Below are positions 1 through 13,207 of a DNA stretch of 64,000 nt, in pieces. A program made the position numbers and the translations under genes. The notes below the pieces were generated by a model, which was given only the letters and a program-made list of their open reading frames with translations, did no database searches and was not told the origin of the DNA. Each line of letters opens with the position of its first letter. The first letter of the stretch is position 1. This DNA is from Octopus vulgaris (taxonomy: Eukaryota): NCBI GenBank assembly GCA_951406725.2, contig OX597841.1, forward strand, positions 26,846,001 to 26,910,000. The letters are read 5' to 3'.

Positions 1-450
1 CTTCTTCTCCTACATCTTCTTCTTCTTCTTCTTCTTCTTCTTCTTCTTCTTCTCCTACATCTTCTTCTTCTTCTTCTTCTCCTACATCTTCTTCTTCTTC
101 TCCTACATCTTCTTCTTCTTCTTCTTCTTTTACTACATCTTCTTCTTCTTTTACTACATCTTCTTCTTCTTCTTCTTCTTCTTCTTCTTCTTCTCCTCCT
201 TCTCCTTCTTCTTCTTCTTCTTCTTCTTCTTCTCCTACATCTTCTTCTTCTTCTTCTTCTTCTTCTTCTTCTTCTTCTTCTCCTACATCTTCTTCTTCTT
301 CTTCTTCTTCTTCACCATCACCACCACCACCACCACCATCATTATGACCGTGGTGGTGGTGATCATAATTATACATATAATCGTCGTCATCATGATAACC
401 TCCTCCTCCTTCTCCTCCTCCTCCTCCTCCTCATCATCATCATCATCATC
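1..450. repeat. (CTT)n with periodic CTACAT interruptions, then CAC/CTC/CAT triplets
   Basis: Direct reading. Confidence 0.95.
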
Positions 451-650
451 GCCATTGCCATCCTCATTATGACTGCCATCATATGGCTCGTCTTCTAAGT
501 CTTGTCTAAGTCTCATCTCTAACGGTGTTGCCTTCACTGCGCATGACTGCTCCCGTCTCTCGACCACAAATAAGACAGCAGCGGCCATATTTCAACCTGT
601 ACGGTACGTTGGACGTTCAACCACTACCACCGACACCACATCGCCACTGA

Positions 651-706
<56 letters not shown>

Positions 707-707
707 T

Positions 708-785
<78 letters not shown>

Positions 786-939
786 GCAAATATCACCACC
801 ACCTTTTATTGCTATTTATCAATCAAAAGTGTACTGGAATTAACTATAAATGGTGGCATAGGGGTGGGGGCTTGGAATGGGGGAAGGATAACAAGGAGAG
901 GTGGCGTGGTGGTGGTGGTGGTGGTGGTGGTGTGTATTT

Positions 940-1380
940 GTGTGTGAGAGAGAGAGGGAGAGAATGGAAAAGAGAGATTGACGTTGAGATAAAGAGGGAT
1001 GAAGTGAGAGATAGAGAGATGTGAAGAGAGAGGGAGAGAGAGACAGAAACAGAGGCAATGCGAGTGGGGGAGAGAGAGAGAGGCAGAGGGTCAGAGAGAG
1101 AGAGAGAGAGACAGGGAGGGAAAGAGAGATATACACCGATAGAGAGAAGCAAAGAGAGAGAGGGGGAGACAAACAAACAGAGAGAGAGCGGTATATATAG
1201 ACACAGAGAAACAGTGAGGAAGAGAGAGACAGAGGGATATGAAGAGGAAGAGGAAGAGAGGAGACAGACAGACAGAAAGAGAGGCAGACGATGAAAGGGA
1301 ATTAGAATGAGAGCGAGTGAGAGAGACGAAGAAATAGACAGATAGAGGGAGACAAAGAGATAGGCAGAGAGAGAAAGAGA

Positions 1381-1411
<31 letters not shown>

Positions 1412-1860
1412 CTCAAAGACAAAATGAAAGGGAGGGAGAGACAGGTAAAGAGCGAAAGAGAGAAGAAGAAGGAGAGATACAGATTGAGAGAGACAGGCAG
1501 AGGAACAGAGGGAATGAGAGAAGGGGAGAGAGATACAGACTGAGAGAGACAAAGAAAGAGAGAGAAGAAGCGAAAGAGATATGGAGAGAGAGGGGGAGAG
1601 AAAGCGATACGGAGAGGGAGGGAGGGAGAGAGAGTGAAAGAGATACGGAGAGAGAGGGGGAGAGAAAGAGATACGGAGAGGGAGGGAGGAAGAGAGAGAG
1701 TGAAAGAGTTACGGAGAGAGAGGGGAGAGAAAGAGATACGGAGAGGGAGGGAGGAAGAGAGAGAGTGAAAGAGTTACGGAGAGAGAGGGGGAGAGAAAGA
1801 GATACGGAGATGGGAGAGAGAGAGAGAGGGGCGAAAGAGATAAGAGAGCAGATAGGGAGG
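940..1860. repeat. GA-rich low-complexity tract with about 58-bp higher-order units (1590-1810)
   Basis: Recurring AGATACGGAGAG anchors. Confidence 0.85.
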
Positions 1861-2266
1861 GAGGGGTACGGATGGGAAGTCCATCATCGGCTAATGACCA
1901 CTGACGAGCGGGGCGAGGAGGCTTGGGCAGCGTGCGTGGCGGTAGATGTGCAGGGGTGGGTGGGTAGATAAGATGGTAGATGGCGGTGGTGGTGGTGGTG
2001 TGTTTGGAACAAGGTTGGAGACGGTGCGAGGATGCAATCGTCCGGAATATCTGAGTGCCATTGCCGAAAAGGCAAGTGCGGATAATCCGGGAAAACATTA
2101 AGGATTTAGAGTGAACGAAGGGCAGACATCGTAAACAATTTGGGAGGCACACACACACACACACACACACGTGAGCACGCAGATATAAACACACACACAT
2201 CTGCATATATATATCTACTCATACATACACACATACATTACTGTAATATTTGTATATATATACATG

Positions 2267-2312
<46 letters not shown>

Positions 2313-2409
2313 ATATTATAATAATTAATTTTATTTCTATGTTTTGGTTTATGTTTTTCACTGTTTGATTAGCCTAATAGTGGTTTTATCTCTAATTTAA
2401 TATATATAT

Positions 2410-2468
2410 GGCGGTGCCCCAGCATGGCCACAGCTCATGAGCTGAAACTAGAATCAATCAATCAATCA
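2410..2468 (+). mobile_element. 5'-truncated SINE/LINE 3' end with (ATCA)n tail, related to the family A tail
   Basis: GGCGGTGCCCCAGCATGGCCACAGCTCATGAGCTGAAACTAG(AATC)n. Confidence 0.65.
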
Positions 2469-2552
2469 TATCTATACTGTGAAATTAGATTTAATCCTAA
2501 ATCTAATTTTTCCCTGTAAGTTTGGATTTACTCCCTAATATTATTATTATTG

Positions 2553-2593
<41 letters not shown>

Positions 2594-2597
<4 letters not shown>

Positions 2598-2782
2598 CGC
2601 CATGATAGATCGGTAGCCACTACACACATTTTTTTCTCTCCTTGTTTTCTGTGTCCCTTTCTGTAGAAGAGCGTAGGCTCAAAACGTAAAAGACTTTTTC
2701 TATTCCTGAGCGTTATACTAATACATCTGTTTGTTTTGTACACCACCTGTCTTCGTCTTTTGTTTTTTTCGTAAACTCTCCC
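2594..2782 (+). mobile_element. Short pLTR-like element, 'GAGC-GTAG-GCTC' hammerhead family (motif 2657-2692, G12A)
   Basis: CTTT-CTGTAGA-A-GAGC-GTAG-GCTC-AAAAC-GTA-AAAG followed by the conserved tail TTCCTGAGCGTTATACTAATAC...CACCTGTCTTCGTCTTTTG. TA-flanked. Confidence 0.8.
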
Positions 2783-2883
2783 TAGATATTTATATATGTA
2801 TGAGCCAATGAAGGAGACCTCTACATAGTACCTCGACCTTGTAGAAAGAGTAGCCAAATCACCCTCACATCATTCCTTACTGT

Positions 2884-2920
<37 letters not shown>

Positions 2921-2923
<3 letters not shown>

Positions 2924-3072
2924 TCTCTCCTTGTTTTTTCTGTGTACCTTTCTGTAGAAGAGCGTAGGCTCGAAACGTAAAAGACTTCTTCTATTCCTGA
3001 GCGTTATACTAATACATCTGTTTGTTTTCTACACCACCTGTCTTCGTGTTTTGTTTTTCGTAAAATCTCCCT
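2921..3072 (+). mobile_element. Short pLTR-like element, same family (motif 2948-2983, A6U core)
   Basis: CTTT-CTGTAGA-A-GAGC-GTAG-GCTC-GAAAC-GTA-AAAG. (TA)n on both sides. Confidence 0.85.
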
Positions 3073-3089
3073 ACATATATATATATATA

Positions 3090-3125
<36 letters not shown>

Positions 3126-3154
3126 TCCTGGGTTGGCGTGGGGCTATACTAGTG

Positions 3155-3653
3155 TAACAATTAAGGAATGGCCTTAATAGGCCATTCGTCCACTAGAAAG
3201 AGCAGCCAGGACTCAAACCGCTTAGTAGTAGTAATTCAGAAATTAGGTGAAAATTTAAAAACGTTTACCCTAATTCATCTTTAGACGATGCATCGTTTCA
3301 GTGTTTTTAATGGTAAACCAGCTTAATTAAATTAAATTAAGTCAATCTACCATAGGTTACACTTCATCAGTAAAGAAACCAGGAGAGACGGATATACACG
3401 AGGCGTCTGTATCAATGCCCTCGGAATATCTGCCTTAAAATTTTCAAGACCATCGTATTCGCGCCAACTTATCAGCAGTAAATATAAACTCATGATTCAA
3501 TCTCAGAATTAGTAAGAAAATCATCAATTAATCAATTTAGGGTAGCAAAAAATTCAATAGAAATTTATCGCTACCAGCGGTCTAGTGGGAAAGAGAAAAT
3601 AGTCAAAGACTAAATATATAAATTTAACAATTAAGGAATGGCCTTAATAGGCC

Positions 3654-3656
<3 letters not shown>
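3155..3656 (-). mobile_element. About 470-bp non-coding hammerhead-bearing element (pLTR/retrozyme-like) with a 32-bp terminal direct repeat
   Basis: TAACAATTAAGGAATGGCCTTAATAGGCCATT at 3155-3186 and 3625-3656. Lies between (TA)n tracts and contains the ribozyme at 3278-3376. Confidence 0.75.
3278..3376 (-). ncRNA. Canonical type-I hammerhead ribozyme with long stem II
   Basis: Reverse complement: TCTTTA-CTGATGA-AGTG...(ATGGTAGA/TTTACCAT, CTTAAT/ATTAAG pairing)...CACT-GAAAC-GATGCATC-GTC-TAAAGA. Perfect 6-bp stem I, intact core, palindromic stem III ACGATGCATCGT, GUC cleavage. Confidence 0.9.
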
Positions 3657-3695
<39 letters not shown>

Positions 3696-4030
3696 TTATA
3701 AGCAAGGGCAAAAGACAATGGATTCCAATGCCAAATATGCCGAAAATCGATTTGGCATTGGAATTTTTTTTCTTTTACCCTTGTTTATAAGTTGTTTATA
3801 AATTTAGCTTTTAAAGGTATTTTTTTTATATACATAAATAGTAATATATGCATAAATAGTAATATATATATTTATATATATATACAACCTTACAAGCATA
3901 TATATGCATATGAATAGATTCATAGTTCTTAGATGTTACAGACGTTTTGTGATGTAATTTCTATAGTTATCGCAGCCTCTGAATTTCACAAGGACACTGA
4001 AAAGCCTCTTTGTGAGTTATCCAAAGAAAT

Positions 4031-4438
4031 ACTCTTTTACTTGTTTCAGTCATTTGACTGCGGCCATGCTGGAGCACCGCCTTTAATCGAGAAACTCGAC
4101 CCCGGGACTTATTCTTTTGTAAGCCCAGTACTTATTCTTTCGGTCTCTTTTGCCGAACCGCTATGTGACGGGGACGTAAACACACCAGCATCGGTTGTCA
4201 AGCAATGCTAGGGAAACAAACACAGACACACAAACACACATGCACATATATACATATATATATATACATATATACGATGGGCTTCTTTCAGTTTCCGTCT
4301 ACCAAATCCACTCACAAGGCTTTGGTCGGCCCGAGGCTATAGTAGAAGACACTTGCCCAAGGTTCCATGCAGTGGGACTGAACCCGGAACCATGTGGTTG
4401 GTAAACAAGCTACTTACCACACAGCCACTCCTGCGCCT
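4031..4438 (-). mobile_element. tRNA-derived CORE-like SINE family A (full length, internal TA/CA microsatellite)
   Basis: A-box TGGCTGTGTGG and B-box GGTTCAGTCCC, CORE-like CCTTGGGCAAGTGTCTT, internal microsatellite, 3' GCATGGCCGCAGTCAAATGACTGAAACAAGTAAAAGAG. More than 12 copies or halves in the window. Confidence 0.9.
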
Positions 4439-4470
4439 ATAATATATATGAAAAGTATTTACATCTATTC

Positions 4471-4568
<98 letters not shown>

Positions 4569-4982
4569 GCGTGTGTGTATTAGAGATAGAGGGATGTGAA
4601 TAGAGAGGGAATCCTAACCCTATCTATACATATGAATGTGTGTTAGTGTGTGTATACACAAATTTATATGTGTATGTTTTATATATATTAATATAGATTT
4701 CTAGTAATATACAAACCTTTATACATAAGAATTGTAATAATATCTATATATTTATGTTTATATATATTATATTTATATATATTTATATATATATATTTAT
4801 GTATATTTTATATATATATTTGTTATATATATTTATATATATATATATATATTTTTATATATATATATGTATTTATATAATATATTTATATGTATTTATA
4901 TTATATTTATATATATATATATTCATCAAAACTATATTATTATCCATCTTTCACCTCTTTATATATATATATATATATACAG

Positions 4983-5069
<87 letters not shown>

Positions 5070-5121
5070 CTTTGTTGAGAAAATGTGGGGGTGAGTGAGT
5101 GGGAGAGAGAGAACAATACGT

Positions 5122-5156
<35 letters not shown>

Positions 5157-5225
5157 ATATATAAATATATATATATATGTGTGTATAATACCGAAAAACA
5201 TATGCGTTTGTGTCTTATAAATATA

Positions 5226-5274
<49 letters not shown>

Positions 5275-5497
5275 ACACATAATTGGAACCGATCAGTTGT
5301 CTCTTCGATAGTTTCAACCTTGGTAACAGACAGCGATCGAACACGCATCACTGCTTTTCGATACAAGGTTAAAACTCTGCATCATTGCTCGGCCGCCATT
5401 CTTTGTTCGTCTATAATTCGTTAATATATGATTAATAAGGCCCATATTGCTGCTACTACTGGGGCTACCGCTGCTACTCTTCATCATATTATTAGTG

Positions 5498-5530
<33 letters not shown>

Positions 5531-6074
5531 TTGTTTGTTTATGAATATATGTTCTTTGTTTTGTTTGATTTTGTTGTTGGATTTTTTTTTGTCACGGGCG
5601 TTCTTTTTAGTATTGTCCCCGAACGACCGTTTATACGTGTGTGTATGCGTATGTCTGTATATGTGTGTGCATGTGTATATATGTGTGTGTGTGTGTGTGT
5701 TTGCGTGCGCGTCTATGTATGCAATCGCATGTGAGTGTATGTGTGAATGTGTACTTGTGCGCCCGCGCGTGTATGTACGTGTGTCTATGTGTATGTATAT
5801 ATATGTATGTATGTATATATATATATATATATGTATGCTGATGTATATATATTTATGTGTGCATGTGTAAATATATGTATATATGTGTATGTATATATAT
5901 ATATGTATATATGTGTGTGTGTATATATGTATATGTGTTTGTGTATATGTGTGTGTGTGTATATATATGTATGTATGTGTGTGTATATATGTATATATAT
6001 GTGTGTGTGTGTGTGTAAAAATATATATATGTTTATATATATATGTGTGTGTATAAAAAGATATAATATATACG

Positions 6075-6148
<74 letters not shown>

Positions 6149-6173
6149 GATAATATATATGTATGTATATATA

Positions 6174-6204
<31 letters not shown>

Positions 6205-6458
6205 GTGTGTATATACATGTGTGTGTATATATATATATGTACGTATATATATATGTGTGTGGGTGTATATATATATGTGTGTGTGTGTGTATATATATAT
6301 ATGTGTGTGTGTGTTTGTGTATGTGTAGATATATATATTTATAGAACCTCTAATTTCTATTCAGCTGTCCAGATTACAGACATATTTGTAGAACTCTGTG
6401 TGTGTGTGCGTGTATTTGTGTGCGTGTGTGTGTGTGTGTGTGTGTGCGCGTGCATAGA

Positions 6459-6580
6459 AGCGCAGGCGTGGCTGCGTAGTAAGAAGTCTTCCTTCCCAAC
6501 CGTATGGTTTCTGGTTCAGTCCCACCGCTTGGTAACTTGGGCAATTTTCGTGCATTACATCCCCGCAATGACCAAAGCTG
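6459..6580 (+). mobile_element. SINE family A, diverged 5' half
   Basis: GCGCAGGCGTGGCTGCGTAGTAAGAAG...GGTTCAGTCCCAC...CTTGGGCAA. Confidence 0.7.
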
Positions 6581-6792
6581 TTATTGGTGGCCTAAGTTAC
6601 AACACCCATTTTAACGCTACCGAATATCACTGACCGTTCCTGTGACCAGCACTGCCCATCGTTAATAACACTATCCAAAATCCTCCCCCGAAGTCTGACC
6701 TTTAGCACGTAATGCGCAGGGAGACTTTTGTGGGGTTCTTTTAGGGTCAAAAATTGGCGCTTATATATTCCGGAAAATACAATGTATTATGC

Positions 6793-7005
6793 GAGTGAGT
6801 ATTAAAACGATTTTTGGCTTTGAATAGAAGGAAATATTGGAAGATCAGTTAATCGTGAATTCATTCAGCATTGTTCCCCTCTCAAATTTACACACTTATT
6901 CCGCGGTCCTCCAGTTTTTTCTAAGAACTCGGAAGATTGGGCCTCCAGCCAGGCTTTTCGTGATACGCTAAAAGCCACGAACATTTCAGCACCGCCCACT
7001 CATGT
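6793..7005 (-). mobile_element. Degenerate mariner transposon 3' end (transposase C-terminus relic)
   Basis: The minus strand translates, with frameshifts, as AWLEAQSSEF..KKLEDR(W)NKCVNLRGE, typical of the mariner C-terminal RW.KC....G.Y motif. Confidence 0.65.
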
Positions 7006-7007
7006 GT

Positions 7008-7783
<776 letters not shown>

Positions 7784-7784
7784 A

Positions 7785-7823
<39 letters not shown>

Positions 7824-7912
7824 GTTCAAATTTACAGAAAATAAAAGACGAAGACAGGCGAGGGAACAACAAGCAGGTATATTGTTTTGACAGTTATGAA
7901 GAATACGGAAGT

Positions 7913-7948
7913 CTTTGACGTTTCGAGCCTACGCTCTTCTTCAGAAAG
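7913..7948 (-). ncRNA. Minimal hammerhead motif, canonical core, in pLTR-like element 7822-8020
   Basis: Reverse complement: CTTT-CTGAAGA-A-GAGC-GTAG-GCTC-GAAAC-GTC-AAAG. Confidence 0.8.
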
Positions 7949-8049
7949 GTTGGAGTGTGAAAAAAAAAATGAACGGTAAGAGAAGAAAATGTTTATGGAT
8001 TCCGTGGTCCGTAAACGAAATTATAACATTTTTATATTATACTCTCTCA

Positions 8050-8462
8050 CTCTTTTACTCTTTTACTTGTTTCAGTCATTTGACTGCGGCCATGCTGGAG
8101 CACCGCCTTTAGTCGAGCAAATCGACCCCGGGACTTATTCTTTGTAAGCCCAGTACTTATTCTATCGGTCTCTTTTTGCCGAACCGCTAAGTGACGGGGA
8201 CGTAAACACACCAGCATCGGTTGTCAAGCAATGCTAGGGGGACAAACACAGACACACAAACATATACACACACACTTATATATATATATACATAGATACG
8301 ACAGGCTTCTTTCAGTTTCCGTCTACCAAATCCACTCACAAGGCATTGGTCGGCCCGGGGCTATAGTAGAAGACACTTGCCCAGGATGCCACGCAGTGGG
8401 ACTGAACCCGGAACCATGTGGTTGGTTAGCAAGCTACTTACCACACAGCCACTCCTGCGCCT
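8050..8462 (-). mobile_element. SINE family A, full length
   Basis: Near-identical to 4031-4438 and to the reverse complement of 28061-28450. Confidence 0.9.
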
Positions 8463-9013
8463 ATAATTTATAATTTCTTTTCTGTGCAAAATAGCATCAG
8501 CTTGTTGCAAGTTCTTGCTGAAAAGGTCTTATTTCAAAGATTTCCTTCTCTTATGTGGATTGTCTTCACTATGATTGGTGAACACAATTGACCCTTAATT
8601 GTATCGGCTGGCTGTTGATTCTCCTGAGTTCCTTCGTTCTTTGACAGACTTTGTTTTTTTTTTTCTTCCCGCAGGCTGTCCAAAAATCATCCCCTTCACA
8701 ATACAGGCTTGGTGGGGGTTGTCGGTTTAGTCGCTGATGACCCAACCATGACGACCTGACACATATATGCCAGTGTGCCACATTTTGCAGTAAATCAAAA
8801 TGCTTCGTTACAGTCGGCCGTATGTTTCGCTCCGTATGCTCTGTGAGAAATCAAATAAAATCTAATGTATCGTTGAAATTTATCTTAAGGAATAATATTA
8901 TCGACTTCTAAATGTGTGTTTCGATCTTTTAATTGGGCCTGGCTGCTACTTTACTGTTGGATGTCAAACATTTATGCATGTTTAAAAGCTTGTGAGTGTT
9001 TTAATTATATATA

Positions 9014-9104
<91 letters not shown>

Positions 9105-9167
9105 ATGTATGTACTTGTGCATGAGTATATATAAAAATGACTGTGACTATCAACTCATCTATCTATC

Positions 9168-9474
9168 AACCCATGATCCCTATTGATCGTTTTTTTCCTC
9201 TTCCCCTTTTTTTCCCCTTTTTTTCTTCTTTTTTCATTTCTCTTTCCTTTTGTTCCTTTTCCTTTTCTTTTTTTCCTTTTATTCCTTTTATTTTATTCAA
9301 TTTTTTTTTTTTTGTTCTTTTCTTCCCTTTTACGATCCTTCTCGATCGAAAACCTACGCCACCCGTTTTCTTTTTTTTTTCTTTTGTTTTTTGTTCTCTT
9401 CATCCCCCAAAAGAAAAGCTCTACCTTGTAACTTGTCCCATCTGTGTGCAGCCCTGTGTGGCCAATAAAGAAAC

Positions 9475-9557
<83 letters not shown>
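9168..9557 (+). mobile_element. T-rich retroelement 3' end with AATAAA and (ATCT)n tail; further copies at 9752-9960 and 35278-35408
   Basis: Shared GATCCCTATTGATC, TTTACGATCC...GATCGAAA, AAAAGAAAAGCTCTAC and CAGCCCTGTGTGGC.AATAAAGAAAC followed by ATCT repeats. Confidence 0.75.
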
Positions 9558-9958
9558 AGCCACCTTGAGCATAGTCCTATGAACCCAGAAATCGAAAACA
9601 GAGAGTTGCTTATTTGCAAAAAAAAAAAAAAGAAATATAAAATGTGACATCATTGACCGAGGTTACCGTGGTCTTTTCCGTAGGCTTTTCTTTGCACGGG
9701 TAAACCTCACCTGTCCTCCCCTTTACACTTCATATTGACATTTCTGTGATAACGATCCCTATTGATCAATTTTTTTCCTCCCCCCTTTTTTTAAACCCCC
9801 CTTTTTTTTGTCCTCTTTCTCTCCTTTTACGATCCCTTTTGATCGAAACTCCCCCTTCCTTTTTTTTTTTCTTAAACCTTCAAAAGAAAAGCTCTACCTT
9901 GTAATTTGTTCTATCTGTGTGCAGCCCTGTGTGGCTAATAAAGAAACATATCTATCTA

Positions 9959-9991
<33 letters not shown>

Positions 9992-10069
9992 GAGAGAGAG
10001 AAAGATAAACACTAGTCTTGTGGGTCAGCTTCAGAATGTACACACATGCGCATATATATGCTACAGTCG

Positions 10070-10103
10070 CTACTTCTACTACCATTACCACCACTACCAC
10101 CTT

Positions 10104-10144
<41 letters not shown>

Positions 10145-11395
10145 TGACAACCATCCGTCTTCCGGCACCCTCACGCATTCCACCGCCCCTGCGAGCAATA
10201 GCACTGCAACAACAGTTGTTGTTACATACTACCACCAACACTTCCACCGTCACCACTAACGCTATCAAGACTACAACCACCACTGCCACAAGTACGTCCA
10301 ACACTACCACCACTACTACCACCACCACCACCACCACTACTACTACTACTACTACCACCACCACCACCACTACTACTACCACCACCAACACTACCACTAC
10401 TACTACTACCACCCCACCTCCATTACTACCACCACCATTACTACTACTACCACCACTACTACTACCACCACCAACACTACTACTACTACTACCACCTCCA
10501 CTACTACCACCCCCACCTCCACTACTACCACCCCACCTCCACTACTACCAACCCACCTCCATTACTACCACCACCACCACCACCACCACTACTACTACTA
10601 CCACCACCACTAACTCCATCACAACCTCTACCACCACCACGAGAACCACAACAATCGCTAACCGTCAACACCACAACCTGCACCATCACCAGGCCGCCAC
10701 TACCACCATCGTCACCACATCCAAACCCACAATCTCCGCCCATCACAACTACTACCCACACCATCCCCCCGCTATCTGTACCACCACCACCACCACCACT
10801 ACAACCACCACCATCACCAAAACTACCGCCGCCGACACCATCACCATCGCCCCGATCACAACCATAGCCACAACCACCGCCACCACCACCAACACAATCA
10901 ACAACTACCACCATCATCTCGATCACCACCGCAACCTCTACCACCACCACACACCACTACCACCAAAACCACTACCATAGCTACAACCACAATAAACACC
11001 ACTATCATCATCACCACCATCACCGCAACCATCACCACCGCCATCACGATCAGTACCACAACCTATACCACCACTACCAACACCACCATCAAGATCACCA
11101 CCGCAACCAATACCACCACCACCAAAACCATTATCATAACCACAACCACAATCATAACCACAACCACAATTACCACCACCACAACCACCACTACCACTGC
11201 AACCACATCCCATCACCACCACCACACCTACCAACATCATTATCATAAGCACTATCGTTACCGCCCCGCCGACACCACCACCGTTACCACCGCCACCACA
11301 GCTACCAGCATCATCATCAGCAGCAGCATTATCGCTACCGACACCACCACCACCACCACCACCACCACCGCCGCCGCCGCCAACACCGTCATTAT
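10070..11395. repeat. ACC/ACT triplet low-complexity region
   Basis: Direct reading; explains the poly-T/P/H ORFs. Confidence 0.9.
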
Positions 11396-11525
11396 CAATA
11401 ATTATACTCTCTGCTGCTCAATCATTTACACCAAATTTCCATACTTGACTACCGCGCAAACTTCAACAGCTTCCTACCTATTATTACACGCTTGGTCTTC
11501 CATAAAATATTGCCGTCTTTTTTTT

Positions 11526-11585
<60 letters not shown>

Positions 11586-11746
11586 CCCTTCTCCCTCTTT
11601 CTTTCTCTTCCTCTCTCTTTGTCTCACACACTCGCGTGCGCGCATACATTTTCTTCTTAATATATACATACAGTCACATATTCTCTCAATCTCGCTTTTC
11701 TCACTCTCTCTCTCTCTCTTACGACCCATAAACTACCCGAGTTCAT

Positions 11747-11780
<34 letters not shown>

Positions 11781-11861
11781 TCACACGCGTGCATATATTA
11801 CAAATTTATCGCCTTTCTAGCCTAGTCTTAGCAAAATTAGCTTGAGTCACAATTTGTATGT

Positions 11862-12349
<488 letters not shown>

Positions 12350-12350
<1 letters not shown>

Positions 12351-12505
12351 TTATTCTCTCTCTGTTTGTTTTCTTTTATACTTTATTCTGAAGAGCGTAG
12401 GTTCGAAACGTGAAAGACTTTTTCATTCATCCCGAGCGTCAAACTGAAACACTTGCTTGTTGTTTATACACCTGTCTTCGTCCTTTGTTTTTCTATAAAT
12501 TTCAA
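12350..12505 (+). mobile_element. Diverged copy of the GAGC-GTAG-GCTC pLTR-like family (degenerate motif 12381-12416)
   Basis: GAAGAGCGTAGGTTCGAAACGTGAAAGAC...CACCTGTCTTCGTCCTTTG. Confidence 0.7.
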
Positions 12506-12517
12506 CCCGCGTGTATA

Positions 12518-12705
12518 CCGTTGGCGATTTTTTTCCTCTGTCTTCCCTTCTCTGGATCTTTCCTTCTCCCATGTTTCCGACGAAGAGCTCCGCTCGAAAC
12601 GTTAAACACTCCTTCTTTCCTTCTTTCCTGAGCGTCCAATAATACTATATTTGTTCCACCGCCTCGCGTTGTTGTGTTTTTTTTGTGCTTTCATCGTTTG
12701 AATTA

Positions 12706-12710
<5 letters not shown>
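12518..12710 (+). mobile_element. Short pLTR-like element, 'GAGC-TCC-GCTC' hammerhead family (motif 12572-12608, U4C core)
   Basis: TGTTT-CCGACGA-A-GAGC-TCC-GCTC-GAAAC-GTT-AAACA. Tail CCTGAGCGTCCAATAATACT...TTAACTT then (TA)n. Confidence 0.8.
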
Positions 12711-12779
<69 letters not shown>

Positions 12780-12786
12780 ATATATA

Positions 12787-12964
12787 TATTTCTTTATTGC
12801 CAACAGAGGGGTCATAGAAGGACAGACAAAGGGATTAAGTTGATCACATCGACCCCAGTGCGTAACTGCTACTTAATTTATCGACCCCGAAAGGATAAAA
12901 GGCAAAGTCGACCTCGGTGGAATTTGAACTCAGAACGTAGTGGCAGACGAAATACTGCTAAGCA
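12787..12964 (-). mobile_element. SINE family D, 5'-truncated
   Basis: Reverse-complement homology to 19215-19405. Confidence 0.85.
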
Positions 12965-13025
<61 letters not shown>

Positions 13026-13143
13026 GGTACTATTATTCATAGGTACCGCACGCTAGGAGGGACTTTTGTAGTCAAAATTACTAAGATAAACAACTTGTAC
13101 CGAATGCAAAACTTCAAAGCGAGTAATTTAAAAACAGAATTTA

Positions 13144-13207
13144 GTTACATATCACCTGCGATTTAGCAATCAATGCAGAATATGCATTATATGCTCTTCA
13201 GTGCAAC
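13144..13207 (-). ncRNA. Type-I hammerhead motif with G12U lesion (probably dead), in a TA-flanked element at about 13023-13290
   Basis: Reverse complement: GTTGCA-CTGAAGA-GCAT-ATAATGCA-TATTC-TGCATTG-ATTGC-TAAA-TCGC-AG-GTGA-TA-TGTAAC. All three stems pair, but GAAA reads TAAA. Confidence 0.7.

Noticed and set aside
283-588. Acidic 101-aa ORF on the minus strand
   Set aside because: Mostly triplet repeats; the short unique part matches no family I recognise.
1898-1925. CTGACGA-GC-GGG-GC hammerhead-like start
   Set aside because: Followed by GAGG, not GAAA; no stem III or stem I.
10018-10980. Mucin-like Thr/Pro-rich 320-aa ORF
   Set aside because: ACC/ACT triplet low complexity, open in several frames and on both strands; no signal peptide, domain or splice support.
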